From: an uncultured Phycisphaerales bacterium
GTDB taxonomy: Bacteria; Planctomycetota; B15-G4; CAYZWU01
Length of the DNA stretch: 64,000 bases
Reading direction: 5' to 3'
Assembly (NCBI GenBank): GCA_964542475.1
Contig: CAZIUL010000005.1
Coordinates: 91,066 to 155,065 of the forward strand
Shown: in pieces, positions 28,827 to 37,260 of the stretch
Position numbering within the stretch: position 1 is the first letter of the stretch
Layout: the number at the start of each line of letters is the position of its first letter
Program-made: the position numbers and the translations under genes
Notes under the pieces: model-generated
Seen by the model: the letters and a program-made list of their open reading frames with translations, nothing else
The model's database searches: none
What the model was told of the DNA's origin: nothing

Positions 28827-29912
28827 ATGAAACGAAAAACATTCCGCGTCATCTTGGCCGCTTTCCTTTTCTTTCTGTTTCCCGCTTCATTGGTCTGTGC
28901 TCAGCAACCCGACAACAACCGGGTAAGAATCGCTACATGGAACATCCGTATGCTCTCGGACGGAAGCAGGGATCCGTCCGAAGTCACAAAGATCGTCAAC
29001 CTGATCGATGAGTACGATCTCGTGGCGATCCAGGAGGCAAGGGATACACGGGTTCTCGATCGCATGAAGGCAAAGCTTCCGGGATGGACATACATCGCCT
29101 CACAAAAGGTCGGAAGAGGCCAAAAGGAGATCTATGCCTTCTTCTGGAGGACATCAAGGGTTTCCCGGATCGGCAGGCCGTGGACACTCATGGACAGGCA
29201 GGACCTTTTCATCAGGGAGCCTTTTGCCGCGACATTCAGGGCGGGCAAGTTCGATTTCACCTTGTGTACGGTTCACGTTCTTTTCGGCAAGAGCAAGTCA
29301 CAGCGCAGAAAGGAGCTTGTTCTGATGGACGAGTATGTGGCCGCGATCCAGTCCGCGAACGAAAGCGAGCAGGACATACTTCTCGTGGGTGATTTCAACT
29401 TTCCCCCTGATGACATAGGATGGCAGCTTGCCGGGTGGACACCGCTTTTCAAGGCGCCAATGAAAACCACGATAGGCGACAAGAGCCTGTACGATAACAT
29501 CTGGATCGACCCGGAGCACACCAGCGAGTTCACCGGGGAAAAGGGAGTGAACAGGTTCGATCAGGCTCTTTATGGGAACGACCTCAAGAAAGCCTCCTTG
29601 GAGGTGTCGGATCACAGGCCGGTCTGGGCGGTTTTCAGCACGCAAGAAGATGATGACGTGAACGAATACGGGGAGCTCTCGCGCGCACATGTCAAGGTTG
29701 AAGCACAGGAAAACGCGGGCGCTGCCGTACCGGAGAACAAACCGGCCTCCGAGCAGGGCAAAGGCGGGATCGCTGTTTATGCGACCCCTTCCGGAAAAAA
29801 ATACCACCTCAAAACATGCAGGTACGCGAAGGAAAACGCGTCAGCCCTTACCGTTGCCGCGGCCAGAAAGAAAGGTCTCGAACCGTGCAAGGTTTGCGGT
29901 CCCCCGAAATAG
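28827..29912 (+). CDS. Secreted endonuclease/exonuclease/phosphatase (EEP, DNase-I-like) family protein with C-terminal Cys/His tail
   Basis: Signal peptide. EEP motifs (IATWNIR; DLVAIQEA; LVGDFN; SDHRPV). C-terminal YHLKTCRY…PCKVCGP metal-binding-like tail. Confidence 0.7.
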   Translation: MKRKTFRVILAAFLFFLFPASLVCAQQPDNNRVRIATWNIRMLSDGSRDPSEVTKIVNLIDEYDLVAIQEARDTRVLDRMKAKLPGWTYIASQKVGRGQKEIYAFFWRTSRVSRIGRPWTLMDRQDLFIREPFAATFRAGKFDFTLCTVHVLFGKSKSQRRKELVLMDEYVAAIQSANESEQDILLVGDFNFPPDDIGWQLAGWTPLFKAPMKTTIGDKSLYDNIWIDPEHTSEFTGEKGVNRFDQALYGNDLKKASLEVSDHRPVWAVFSTQEDDDVNEYGELSRAHVKVEAQENAGAAVPENKPASEQGKGGIAVYATPSGKKYHLKTCRYAKENASALTVAAARKKGLEPCKVCGPPK

Positions 29913-30000
29913 GGAGGAAGAGGAAGAAAGAAAAAGAGAACCACGGATGGAAACGGATAATTCTTAATAAAGCCAAGAGAACCACGGATGAACACGGACA
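29913..30000 (+). repeat. Family C purine-rich/CACGGAT repeat, copy 2 (two half-units)
   Basis: GAGGAAGAGGAAGAAAGAAAAAGAGAACCACGGATGGAAACGGATAA … AGAGAACCACGGATGAACACGGACA. Confidence 0.6.
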
Positions 30001-30051
30001 CTGTTTTTAACCGGGGCTTGAGGCCAGAGGAAAAAACGCAGCATGAGCGCA

Positions 30052-30093
30052 GGTTACGGTGCCGCAGCAGATGAGGATGAAATATGCGGGTTA
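30052..30093 (-). repeat. Family A 3'-end element, copy 1 (its last 3 nt are the stop codon of the minus-strand gene at 30091..31074)
   Basis: GGTTACGGTGCCGCAGCAGATGAGGATGAAATATGCGGGTTA. Gene-sense reading: TAACCCGCATATTTCATCCTCATCTGCTGCGGCACCGTAACC. Confidence 0.75.
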
Positions 30094-31074
30094 TCCCGCT
30101 TTGATCGCTGCGAGCCTGCGATCGATCTCCCGCCGGAGTTTTCCGATGAACTCTTCTGTCTTGCCCGGTTCGACCAGTTCGATCGACGAGCTGTTGGTCC
30201 GGATTGTGCCGCATGGCAGTCCGAGATCCTCGTAATAGCGGTAGCCGTTTTTGAAAACCTCCCTGAAGAAGACAACGCGGCTCCATTTTAAAAAAGGCAT
30301 GCCTTTCTGATACGGGTTTCGAAAAAGCTCGAAGCTGACAAACCCGCTGTTGTCGACAGGGATAGGCGGGGCAGCCGGGTCGTATTCGAAGAAGGCTCCT
30401 CCTTCAGGAAACAGATGGCGGGCGGATCGGTTGCAGGAGGAGGGCAGGAGCTCGCCGTATGCTTCGAAACGGTCGAACGGTGTACGGAAAACGAGGGAGA
30501 GCTCGTAAAGGCGAAGGAAAACATTGATGCAGTAAAGGTTCCTTTGACGGCTCAGAATTACGGTGCCTTCTTCGGGCGCGGCGAATGTAATCGTCAGCTC
30601 CTGCGTTTCGCACTTGGAACCGCCCTCGAGACAGTGTCCGTTTGTTTGACCGCTGATGTCGATTTCTACGCTGTGGCTCCCTGCTATTACGCAGAGCTTT
30701 TGATTAATGAACCGTATGAAGGCGTTGACATCCGGCTCAGGGAAGGAGCTGTCCAGGGGCAGGGTGAACGATTCTACCACCGGCTCCATGGACGCCCGCG
30801 CGACAGCCGGCCCTGTTGTCACCTGTTCTGATGCGGGGATCCTCTCTTTGCGCGCCTCTTCCGAAAAACCGGGAGCACCCGTTGCTTCCGTCATGATCCG
30901 GGAAATAACGGTTGCAGGTTTGCCGCGGTGAAAACCGTATGGAGCGGTGCCGGGCCACGCATTCGATTCGCAGTGTTGCCCTGTTCGGGCAAGAAAAACA
31001 GAGGCTGCGAGCACCAGGGAAAGGGCAGTGATAACCAGAACGGCGGCTTTCTGCCACTGGTTTCCAGGATGCAT
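30091..31074 (-). CDS. Hypothetical membrane-anchored protein
   Basis: N-terminal transmembrane anchor. No recognisable catalytic motif. Confidence 0.45.
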   Translation of the reverse strand: MHPGNQWQKAAVLVITALSLVLAASVFLARTGQHCESNAWPGTAPYGFHRGKPATVISRIMTEATGAPGFSEEARKERIPASEQVTTGPAVARASMEPVVESFTLPLDSSFPEPDVNAFIRFINQKLCVIAGSHSVEIDISGQTNGHCLEGGSKCETQELTITFAAPEEGTVILSRQRNLYCINVFLRLYELSLVFRTPFDRFEAYGELLPSSCNRSARHLFPEGGAFFEYDPAAPPIPVDNSGFVSFELFRNPYQKGMPFLKWSRVVFFREVFKNGYRYYEDLGLPCGTIRTNSSSIELVEPGKTEEFIGKLRREIDRRLAAIKAG

Positions 31075-31110
31075 CTCTATCCACCTTCGAATAGAAACAT
31101 AATATTAGAG

Positions 31111-31173
31111 TCCGTTGAAAAAGTCAGATCGGCTACGGCCTGACCTTTTGCCCGATCTGACTTTTTCAACGGG
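31111..31173. repeat. Family B long perfect hairpin (21-bp arms, 19-nt loop)
   Basis: CCGTTGAAAAAGTCAGATCGG-ctacggcctgaccttttgc-CCGATCTGACTTTTTCAACGG. A truncated second copy is at 32638-32685. Confidence 0.8.
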
Positions 31174-31287
31174 TTCATAAGCATTCAACGATGTATGAAG
31201 TGACCCGGGAGGCAATAAGATAACAGACAAATTTCGCTCCCGCGGCTTGAGGTGGAGCAGATAAACGCAGAGGAAGCGGCGTAGGGA

Positions 31288-31330
31288 AGGGAAGAAAGAA
31301 GAAGAGAAGCACGGATTGACACGGATAATT
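31288..31330 (+). repeat. Family C purine-rich/CACGGAT repeat, copy 3
   Basis: GGAAGGGAAGAAAGAAGAAGAGAAGCACGGATTGACACGGATAA. Confidence 0.6.
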
Positions 31331-31529
31331 CATAACAAGCAATGATGAGGGCACTGTCATGCCTTGTTGATTGTTTATGGTGTATTCGAACATTGAGCCG
31401 GATTGGATAAACAAAAATATGGCTCGCTTGAGCTGTTGTCTGGGATCAGGTGGTGTAGGATAATGAACCTTCCTATGTTCTCATTGGTTTTTCGGAGAAC
31501 GTAAGAACGGTACAGGAGTAGATTATATA

Positions 31530-32612
31530 TTGGTAGCCATGAACTCAAAAAAAACCGATGGACCAAAACGCCGATCCGTCCTGCTAAAGCTTTTCTTTCG
31601 ACTGCTGTTAATGGTAGTCGCCATTATCGTTGGGGTGCTCCTTGTCGAGATCTTTCTCGCAGTCTTTGCACCCTTTGGCATTGATCACTTCGCGAACCGC
31701 CGCGTCTACGAGGAGGTCTTCGTGGGGCCGGCCGGCGCACCAGGGGTGAACTACGAGCTGAAGCGCGAACGCTCTGTAGAGGCTGGAGTCCTGTACCGTA
31801 CAAACAACCTCGGCGCCCGCGGCGGTGAGGTGGCTATCCCCAAGCCGGACGGCATCTACCGTATAGTGTTTTCCGGCGATTCCAACACCTTCGGGTGGGG
31901 CGTGGCCGAGGAGGACACCTTCGTGGCGCGGGTGGAGCGCGGCCTCAATGAACGTGCTCGGCCTCCCGGCACAAAGCGTTTCGAGTGCGTGAATCTCAGC
32001 GCCTTGGCATACAATACCGTGCAGGAGGCGGCACTGTTGCGCTCCAAGGGGATGATGGCAGAGCCTGATGTGATGTGTATCGTTTTCTGCATGAACGACG
32101 TGTTAATAAAGGGGAAGGACGATGACTATGTGCGTATCGAGCGAGACATGTTCGAGTCGCGGCGGTCAACGCTGGACCGGTTCTTCGCGGACAACCTGGG
32201 ACCTTTCCTCAAACGGGCGGGACTTTACCACATCCACGATTTCCTCACGTACCTGTTTATTTCGCGGTACAACCAGACCTATTACGAAACAGTGGAGAGA
32301 TTTTTCCACGGCATCGATGAAGGCTTTGTCCTTGTGAAGGACTCTTTAAAGGAATTCAACAGGTTCGCGAAGAAGCGAGGGCTTCCGTTTGTACTGCTCG
32401 ACCTGACGGGCAAGAAGGAGCTCGAGGCGCTCGCGAACGAGCACGGCTTCGGTTACGTGAACCTTTTCGATGCCGAGATCCAACGCAGCCCCGAGTATTG
32501 GAATTCGTACTGCGATCCCCACCCCAACGCCGACGGGCATGCCTTCTATGCGGGCCGGATCTTGGATGGGATCCACCCATGGATCGAGGGTGAGGAGTTT
32601 CCAGGGAGATGA
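31530..32612 (+). CDS. SGNH/GDSL-family hydrolase, N-terminally membrane-anchored
   Basis: Transmembrane helix, then the GDSNTFGWG block (catalytic Ser), then a DxxH block near the C-terminus (DPHPNADGH). Confidence 0.75.
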   Translation: MVAMNSKKTDGPKRRSVLLKLFFRLLLMVVAIIVGVLLVEIFLAVFAPFGIDHFANRRVYEEVFVGPAGAPGVNYELKRERSVEAGVLYRTNNLGARGGEVAIPKPDGIYRIVFSGDSNTFGWGVAEEDTFVARVERGLNERARPPGTKRFECVNLSALAYNTVQEAALLRSKGMMAEPDVMCIVFCMNDVLIKGKDDDYVRIERDMFESRRSTLDRFFADNLGPFLKRAGLYHIHDFLTYLFISRYNQTYYETVERFFHGIDEGFVLVKDSLKEFNRFAKKRGLPFVLLDLTGKKELEALANEHGFGYVNLFDAEIQRSPEYWNSYCDPHPNADGHAFYAGRILDGIHPWIEGEEFPGR

Positions 32613-32637
32613 TACCCGTCCCTCGATTCCAAGGAGC

Positions 32638-32685
32638 CCGTTGAAAAAGTCAGATCGGCTACGGCCGGACCTTTTGCCCGATCTC
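32638..32685. repeat. Family B hairpin, truncated copy 2 (left arm plus loop plus 8 nt of right arm)
   Basis: CCCGTTGAAAAAGTCAGATCGGCTACGGCCGGACCTTTTGCCCGATCT. It is followed at 32684-32756 by a further imperfect hairpin (CTGCGTTGCGAGATCCTCAAC…GTTGAGGATCGTCTC…ACGCAG). Confidence 0.7.
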
Positions 32686-32757
32686 TGCGTTGCGAGATCC
32701 TCAACGAATCCCCTGAGGTTGAGGATCGTCTCCCGGCATGAAACGCAGGCACAGCGC

Positions 32758-32800
32758 AGTTTACGGTGCCGCAGCAGAAGAGGATGAAATATGCGGGTTA
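32758..32800 (-). repeat. Family A 3'-end element, copy 2 (contains the stop codon of the gene at 32798..33790)
   Basis: GTTTACGGTGCCGCAGCAGAAGAGGATGAAATATGCGGGTTA. Confidence 0.75.
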
Positions 32801-33790
32801 AAACTCGAGATCGGGAAGCTCCTTCTCTTGAACCAGTTTCACGGTTAACAAGATGACATGGTTCTTGTTGTCTTTGTCCTTGCCGGGGATGGCATAGATC
32901 ATGGAACCGGTGTCTTTTAGAATGGCCATGGTTTCCATTTCCACCGTTTTTGTGGCTGCTCTGGCAACGGGGCCGTGCACGGTTTCGATCTCTTCGATGG
33001 GCCGCTGGATCATCATGTTTTTTGAGGACAGGTTGAGGCCGATATTATTTTCCTGGAGCAGGGAAGCCCTGACATCAATGATGAGACCTTCCTGGAGAAT
33101 TTCTATTTGGGGATCCACTATACTGTTTTTGGTGGGCTCAACATATACGTGGACTTCGTAACCGGTAATAAGGGCGATCTGGTTTATGATAGAAATTATT
33201 CCTTTCCGACCATTATTAACGAGGAGCCTGGGCGCGGAGAGAATGCAGCTTTCCTTGTCTTTTTGACATTCATCCAGCAGCTTCTTGCTTTTTTCGTCGG
33301 CAATGGTCAGAGCCACTTTTGACCCCTTCTCTCCCATTAACCGGTTGAAGGCACCCGGAGACAGCGCGTAGTAGGTGAGCTCCACCAGGAACTGCACATC
33401 GCCGGCTGAACGCCGCGTTTCAAGGAATGACTGAATCCATTCGTGTTGCTTGGGGCGAACCAGGGCGACCAGGGAGCTGGCGCCGATGGCCTTGACCTCT
33501 TCACGGTTTTCAACCAGGGGCGGTTGGATAAAGTCACGGATGATATCCGCCAGGTTTTCCGTGTGTTTCCACATTTCATCGGCCACATCGATTTTTTCCT
33601 CGTGATCACCGGTACCACTTTTCACAGCCTTTGAAATGAGCCGAATATGATTCCCGACATCGTATATTTGCAAGACCAGCGTGTTATCAGATGCGTTCAT
33701 GTCGTTAGTGATGGTCGTAACTTGATCCTGTGCCGCAAGGCACGAAAGCAGGATAAAAAAGAAAAATGTACATGAAAAACATCTAGTCAT
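32798..33790 (-). CDS. Hypothetical secreted protein, downstream of an ECF sigma/anti-sigma pair
   Basis: Signal peptide (FFFFILLSCLAAQDQ). No confident domain call. Confidence 0.45.
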   Translation of the reverse strand: MTRCFSCTFFFFILLSCLAAQDQVTTITNDMNASDNTLVLQIYDVGNHIRLISKAVKSGTGDHEEKIDVADEMWKHTENLADIIRDFIQPPLVENREEVKAIGASSLVALVRPKQHEWIQSFLETRRSAGDVQFLVELTYYALSPGAFNRLMGEKGSKVALTIADEKSKKLLDECQKDKESCILSAPRLLVNNGRKGIISIINQIALITGYEVHVYVEPTKNSIVDPQIEILQEGLIIDVRASLLQENNIGLNLSSKNMMIQRPIEEIETVHGPVARAATKTVEMETMAILKDTGSMIYAIPGKDKDNKNHVILLTVKLVQEKELPDLEF

Positions 33791-33848
33791 TGTTGAACTC
33801 CTTGTTTAGGATCAATCATCCAAGTTAACATACGCCAATTGATGTGAT

Positions 33849-34382
33849 CTAAAACTGAACGTGATCTTTACACACAATAGATGCAAAGCATATGAATCCA
33901 TTTTCGATTTCCCTTTTATCAGGGATAACTATGCTGTGAGTTGAGCTCCAACCGTCCTGTGTTCGGACCATGGTGCTCTTCTCGAAGGTATTGGTGAGTG
34001 TGATCTTGTATTTGAAATCCAGAATGGTGCTCCTTGTCTGTTCGCCCGGCTCCTGGTCCTGAATCACAACATGCCGTTCCCTTTCCAGAGGCGCATTGTT
34101 GTAGGAATCCAAGAACATCCACAACAGGAAGGCAACCGTCCCCGCAGCCAGGACCATTACCCATGTGAGTCCGTGACGTTTGGTTGACCTGGTTTCATCG
34201 ACCATGGTATATGCCTCCCTGAGGACGGCCAGGCGGTCACAAAGGGAGGTCAGCTTATGGGCATGTTCCGGGTGTTCCAAAAGGTAATCCTGAACAAGTG
34301 TGTCTTTGAAAGGATCGTTTTTCTGATCCAGGATCTCCTGCACCCTGTTCCAGAACCCTTCTTTGGTTTTCATCTCAGGCAT
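33849..34382 (-). CDS. Putative anti-sigma factor (single transmembrane helix)
   Basis: Cytoplasmic N-domain, then a transmembrane helix (WVMVLAAGTVAFLLWMFL), then a periplasmic C-domain. Overlaps the ECF sigma gene. Confidence 0.5.
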   Translation of the reverse strand: MPEMKTKEGFWNRVQEILDQKNDPFKDTLVQDYLLEHPEHAHKLTSLCDRLAVLREAYTMVDETRSTKRHGLTWVMVLAAGTVAFLLWMFLDSYNNAPLERERHVVIQDQEPGEQTRSTILDFKYKITLTNTFEKSTMVRTQDGWSSTHSIVIPDKREIENGFICFASIVCKDHVQF

Positions 34383-34959
34383 CCTTTTCTCGTGACTCAG
34401 CCAGCTTACGTCGTGCCCGGTGCAAGAGGGACTTTACAGTGCCCTCCGGTTTGTTCAATGCTGATGCAATGTCTGATATCGATTCGTCATAGCAGTGGAA
34501 GCGAACCAGAACGTCCCGTTCCTTGGAACCGAGTCCCTCGATCAGCTTTGCGACCAGCTCTCGGTTTTCGATCTCACTCCTGGAAGGCGCCTGGATTTCC
34601 GATACCCGGTCACCTAACAGGCCGGGTGCCTGTCCCCTTTTCAGGCGATGGTCTAGAAAGGCGCGGAAAGCGGTTTTTTTGAGCCAGCCGTAAAGCGATC
34701 CCTCCGGTTCAAAGGCATGGCGGTACCGCAAGGCGCGTTCCACCACATCGTGTAGAAGGTCTTCGCCTTCTTCCGGAGCCAATCTCTGGAGAAAGGCCTT
34801 GAGCTTCGGAATTTCCGCTGCCAGTTGATTGTCCGATGTTTCCACCGGTTTGGTACGATTGTTTGCCATTGTTCTTATAGTACACTTACCTGCAAGAGAT
34901 GAAAAAGGTTGCAGCGAATTGAAATTAATACGAAAATCCTCTGACTCCCTTTTGTCCAT
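34375..34959 (-). CDS. ECF-subfamily RNA polymerase sigma-70 factor
   Basis: Region-2 motifs (…YRHAFEPEGSLYGWL…) and the region-4 helix-turn-helix (ESISDIASALNKPEGTVKSLLHRARRKL). The likely true start is MANNRTK, internal to the ORF. Confidence 0.75.
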   Translation of the reverse strand: MDKRESEDFRINFNSLQPFSSLAGKCTIRTMANNRTKPVETSDNQLAAEIPKLKAFLQRLAPEEGEDLLHDVVERALRYRHAFEPEGSLYGWLKKTAFRAFLDHRLKRGQAPGLLGDRVSEIQAPSRSEIENRELVAKLIEGLGSKERDVLVRFHCYDESISDIASALNKPEGTVKSLLHRARRKLAESREKDA

Positions 34960-35000
34960 TCCTCTTTTGATTGGGCTTTGATTACTGCTGTTGATTATTT

Positions 35001-37151
35001 GTGGAGAAGGAGAAGGAGAAGGAGATGAAGATGAAAAAATTCACCGTAACATTGCTCGCTGTTTTATTTACATTGTGCACAACGGTTTTTGCGAAGAAAG
35101 AAAACACCAACACCGAGCTCTATGTGGCTCCCGATGGAAACGATGCCTGGTCGGGCCGGTTCCTGGTTCCGAATGGGAATGGAACGGACGGCCCCCTGGC
35201 CAGCCTTGCCGGCGCCCGGGACACCATTCGAGCTCTTCGAAGTGCCGGTGATTTGCAGGGCCAGGGTGCGACTGTCCGAATCCGAGGTGGATTTTACCGT
35301 CTCGAAGCACCGTTTGTCCTTGCTCCAGAGGATAGCGGCCGGGAGAGCCCCATCGTGTACGAAGCCATGTCGGGCGAAAGGCCGGTTTTTTCCGGCGGCC
35401 GAGAGGTTCGGCACTGGCAAAAAGGTGATGGTTCCCTCTGGATCGCTGATATCCCCGATGTTAAGGCGGGGGAATGGTATTTTCACCAGCTTTTTGTGAA
35501 CGGCCGAAGAGCGTGCCGTGCCCGGACACCGAATGAGGATTGCCTGCGCACACAGGGGCAGCTTCCCGGTTTCGAGACCCCTCAGCGGTTTCGCGGCAAC
35601 CAGGACGCCTGCATGGGATTCAAGTACCGCCCCGATGACCTGACTGTTTTTTCGAACATGGAAGATGTGAACATTTTTCTCTACCACTCGTGGACCAGCT
35701 CGCTTCACTGGGTAAGGGAACTGGACGAGAAGGAGAGGCTTGTACATTTTCGCAACCGATGCGGCTGGCCCGTTGGGTGGTGGGATGGAGGGAATCAGCG
35801 TTACCATGTGGAAAACTGTTACGAAGCCCTGGATGCCCCCGGCGAATGGTACCTGGAACGGAGTTCGGGAAAGCTATACTACTGGCCTCTGGAAGACGAA
35901 GATCCTGATGACGTTACTGTCGTGGCGCCGGTTCTCGATCAGCTTGTAAGGTTCGAAGGGGACCAGGACAGCCCCGTCGGCTTGATTCACTTGAAGGGGC
36001 TCTGCTTCAGCCACGCCGACTGGAACCTGCCCAAAGATAATATCGCCGACGGGCAGGCAGCGACTTTCCTCAATGGTGCGCTCCACCTTAAATTTGCTAC
36101 TTCGTGCCGGTTTGAAAGCTGTGAGATATCCCACGTGGGTTCGTACGGCGTCTGGTTTGACGAAGGAACCCGGAACTGCCTGCTCAGCCGGTGCGAGCTT
36201 TTTGACATGGGTGGCGGAGGAGCGCGCATCGGCTGCCACAAAGCGCCGTCCAACGGCGGGCAGGTCGATCAGAGCCGGACCTGCTTCAACAATCACATTG
36301 ATAACTGTTTTATCCATGACGGCGGAAAAGTTTTTCCCGCAGGGTGTGGTGTGATTATTCAGCATGCCCATGACAACCGGATCACCCATAATGAGATTTC
36401 AGATTTTTTTTATACGGGTATTTCAATAGGTTGGAGCTGGGGGTACCAGAAAAGCCCGGCTTACGGCAATGTGGCGGAATACAACCATGTCCATCATCTG
36501 GGCTGGAAGGTGTTGAGCGACATGGGCGGGGTTTACACCCTGGGTGTTTCGCCCGGTACCCGTGTCAATCACAACATTTTTCACCACATCCAATCGTACG
36601 GCTACGGCGGGTGGGGGCTTTACACAGATGAGGGCAGCTCCGGGATCGAGATGGCATACAACGTGGTATACAAGACAAAAACCGGCTCTTTTCATCAGCA
36701 CTACGGAAAGAACAATCACATTCACAACAACATCCTGGCCTTCTCCGCGACCCACCAGCTCCAGCGCAGCAGGGAGGAGGATCACAACTCCTTTTTCTTC
36801 GAGAGGAATATCATCTACTATGACAATGGAAAGCTTCTGAGCGAGGGAGGCTGGAGTAACAACCGGTATACCATGGATTCCAACCTCTACTGGAATGCCG
36901 GAGGCGATGAGCCGCTCTGGAACAAGGACGCCCTCGATGCCTGGCAGGCGAGGGGGCATGATCGGCTGTCGGTTGTCACGGATCCGCTTTTTGAGGATCC
37001 CTATGCGTTTGACTTCCGGCTGCTGCCCGGCTCCCCGGCCCTTGGGATAGGATTTGTGCCGATTGCTGTGGGGGAGGTGGGGCTATATGGAGATCCGGAG
37101 TGGGTGAACAAGCCTCAAGATGTCAGCCGGAGGGTGATGCTGTTCGAGTGA
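35001..37151 (+). CDS. Secreted right-handed parallel beta-helix repeat protein (pectate-lyase-fold; glycoside hydrolase or polysaccharide lyase-like)
   Basis: Signal peptide after MKMKKF. Repeated beta-helix turns (NxxxHN…, GGWGLYTDEGSSGIEMAYN). A (GGAGAA)n tandem array spans 35003-35024 at the start. Confidence 0.65.
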   Translation: MEKEKEKEMKMKKFTVTLLAVLFTLCTTVFAKKENTNTELYVAPDGNDAWSGRFLVPNGNGTDGPLASLAGARDTIRALRSAGDLQGQGATVRIRGGFYRLEAPFVLAPEDSGRESPIVYEAMSGERPVFSGGREVRHWQKGDGSLWIADIPDVKAGEWYFHQLFVNGRRACRARTPNEDCLRTQGQLPGFETPQRFRGNQDACMGFKYRPDDLTVFSNMEDVNIFLYHSWTSSLHWVRELDEKERLVHFRNRCGWPVGWWDGGNQRYHVENCYEALDAPGEWYLERSSGKLYYWPLEDEDPDDVTVVAPVLDQLVRFEGDQDSPVGLIHLKGLCFSHADWNLPKDNIADGQAATFLNGALHLKFATSCRFESCEISHVGSYGVWFDEGTRNCLLSRCELFDMGGGGARIGCHKAPSNGGQVDQSRTCFNNHIDNCFIHDGGKVFPAGCGVIIQHAHDNRITHNEISDFFYTGISIGWSWGYQKSPAYGNVAEYNHVHHLGWKVLSDMGGVYTLGVSPGTRVNHNIFHHIQSYGYGGWGLYTDEGSSGIEMAYNVVYKTKTGSFHQHYGKNNHIHNNILAFSATHQLQRSREEDHNSFFFERNIIYYDNGKLLSEGGWSNNRYTMDSNLYWNAGGDEPLWNKDALDAWQARGHDRLSVVTDPLFEDPYAFDFRLLPGSPALGIGFVPIAVGEVGLYGDPEWVNKPQDVSRRVMLFE

Positions 37152-37190
37152 TGGACGGATCCGGGCCGTTCCAGGCGCGGGCTTTCCACG

Positions 37191-37232
37191 GGTTACGGCG
37201 CCGCAGCAGAAAAGGATGAAATATGCGGGTTA
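37191..37232 (-). repeat. Family A 3'-end element, copy 3 (29 nt downstream of the stop of the gene at 37261..38418)
   Basis: GGTTACGGCGCCGCAGCAGAAAAGGATGAAATATGCGGGTTA. Confidence 0.75.
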
Positions 37233-37260
37233 ACTGTTGTAACGAGTTCACTTCGGTTCC

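Noticed and set aside
30043-30291. 82-aa plus-strand ORF whose N-terminus (GYGAAADEDEICGL) is a translation of the family-A repeat
   Set aside because: The same repeat is read in different frames, or interrupted by stops, at the other four copies. It also lies antisense to a better-supported gene, so the conservation is at nucleotide level and not protein level.
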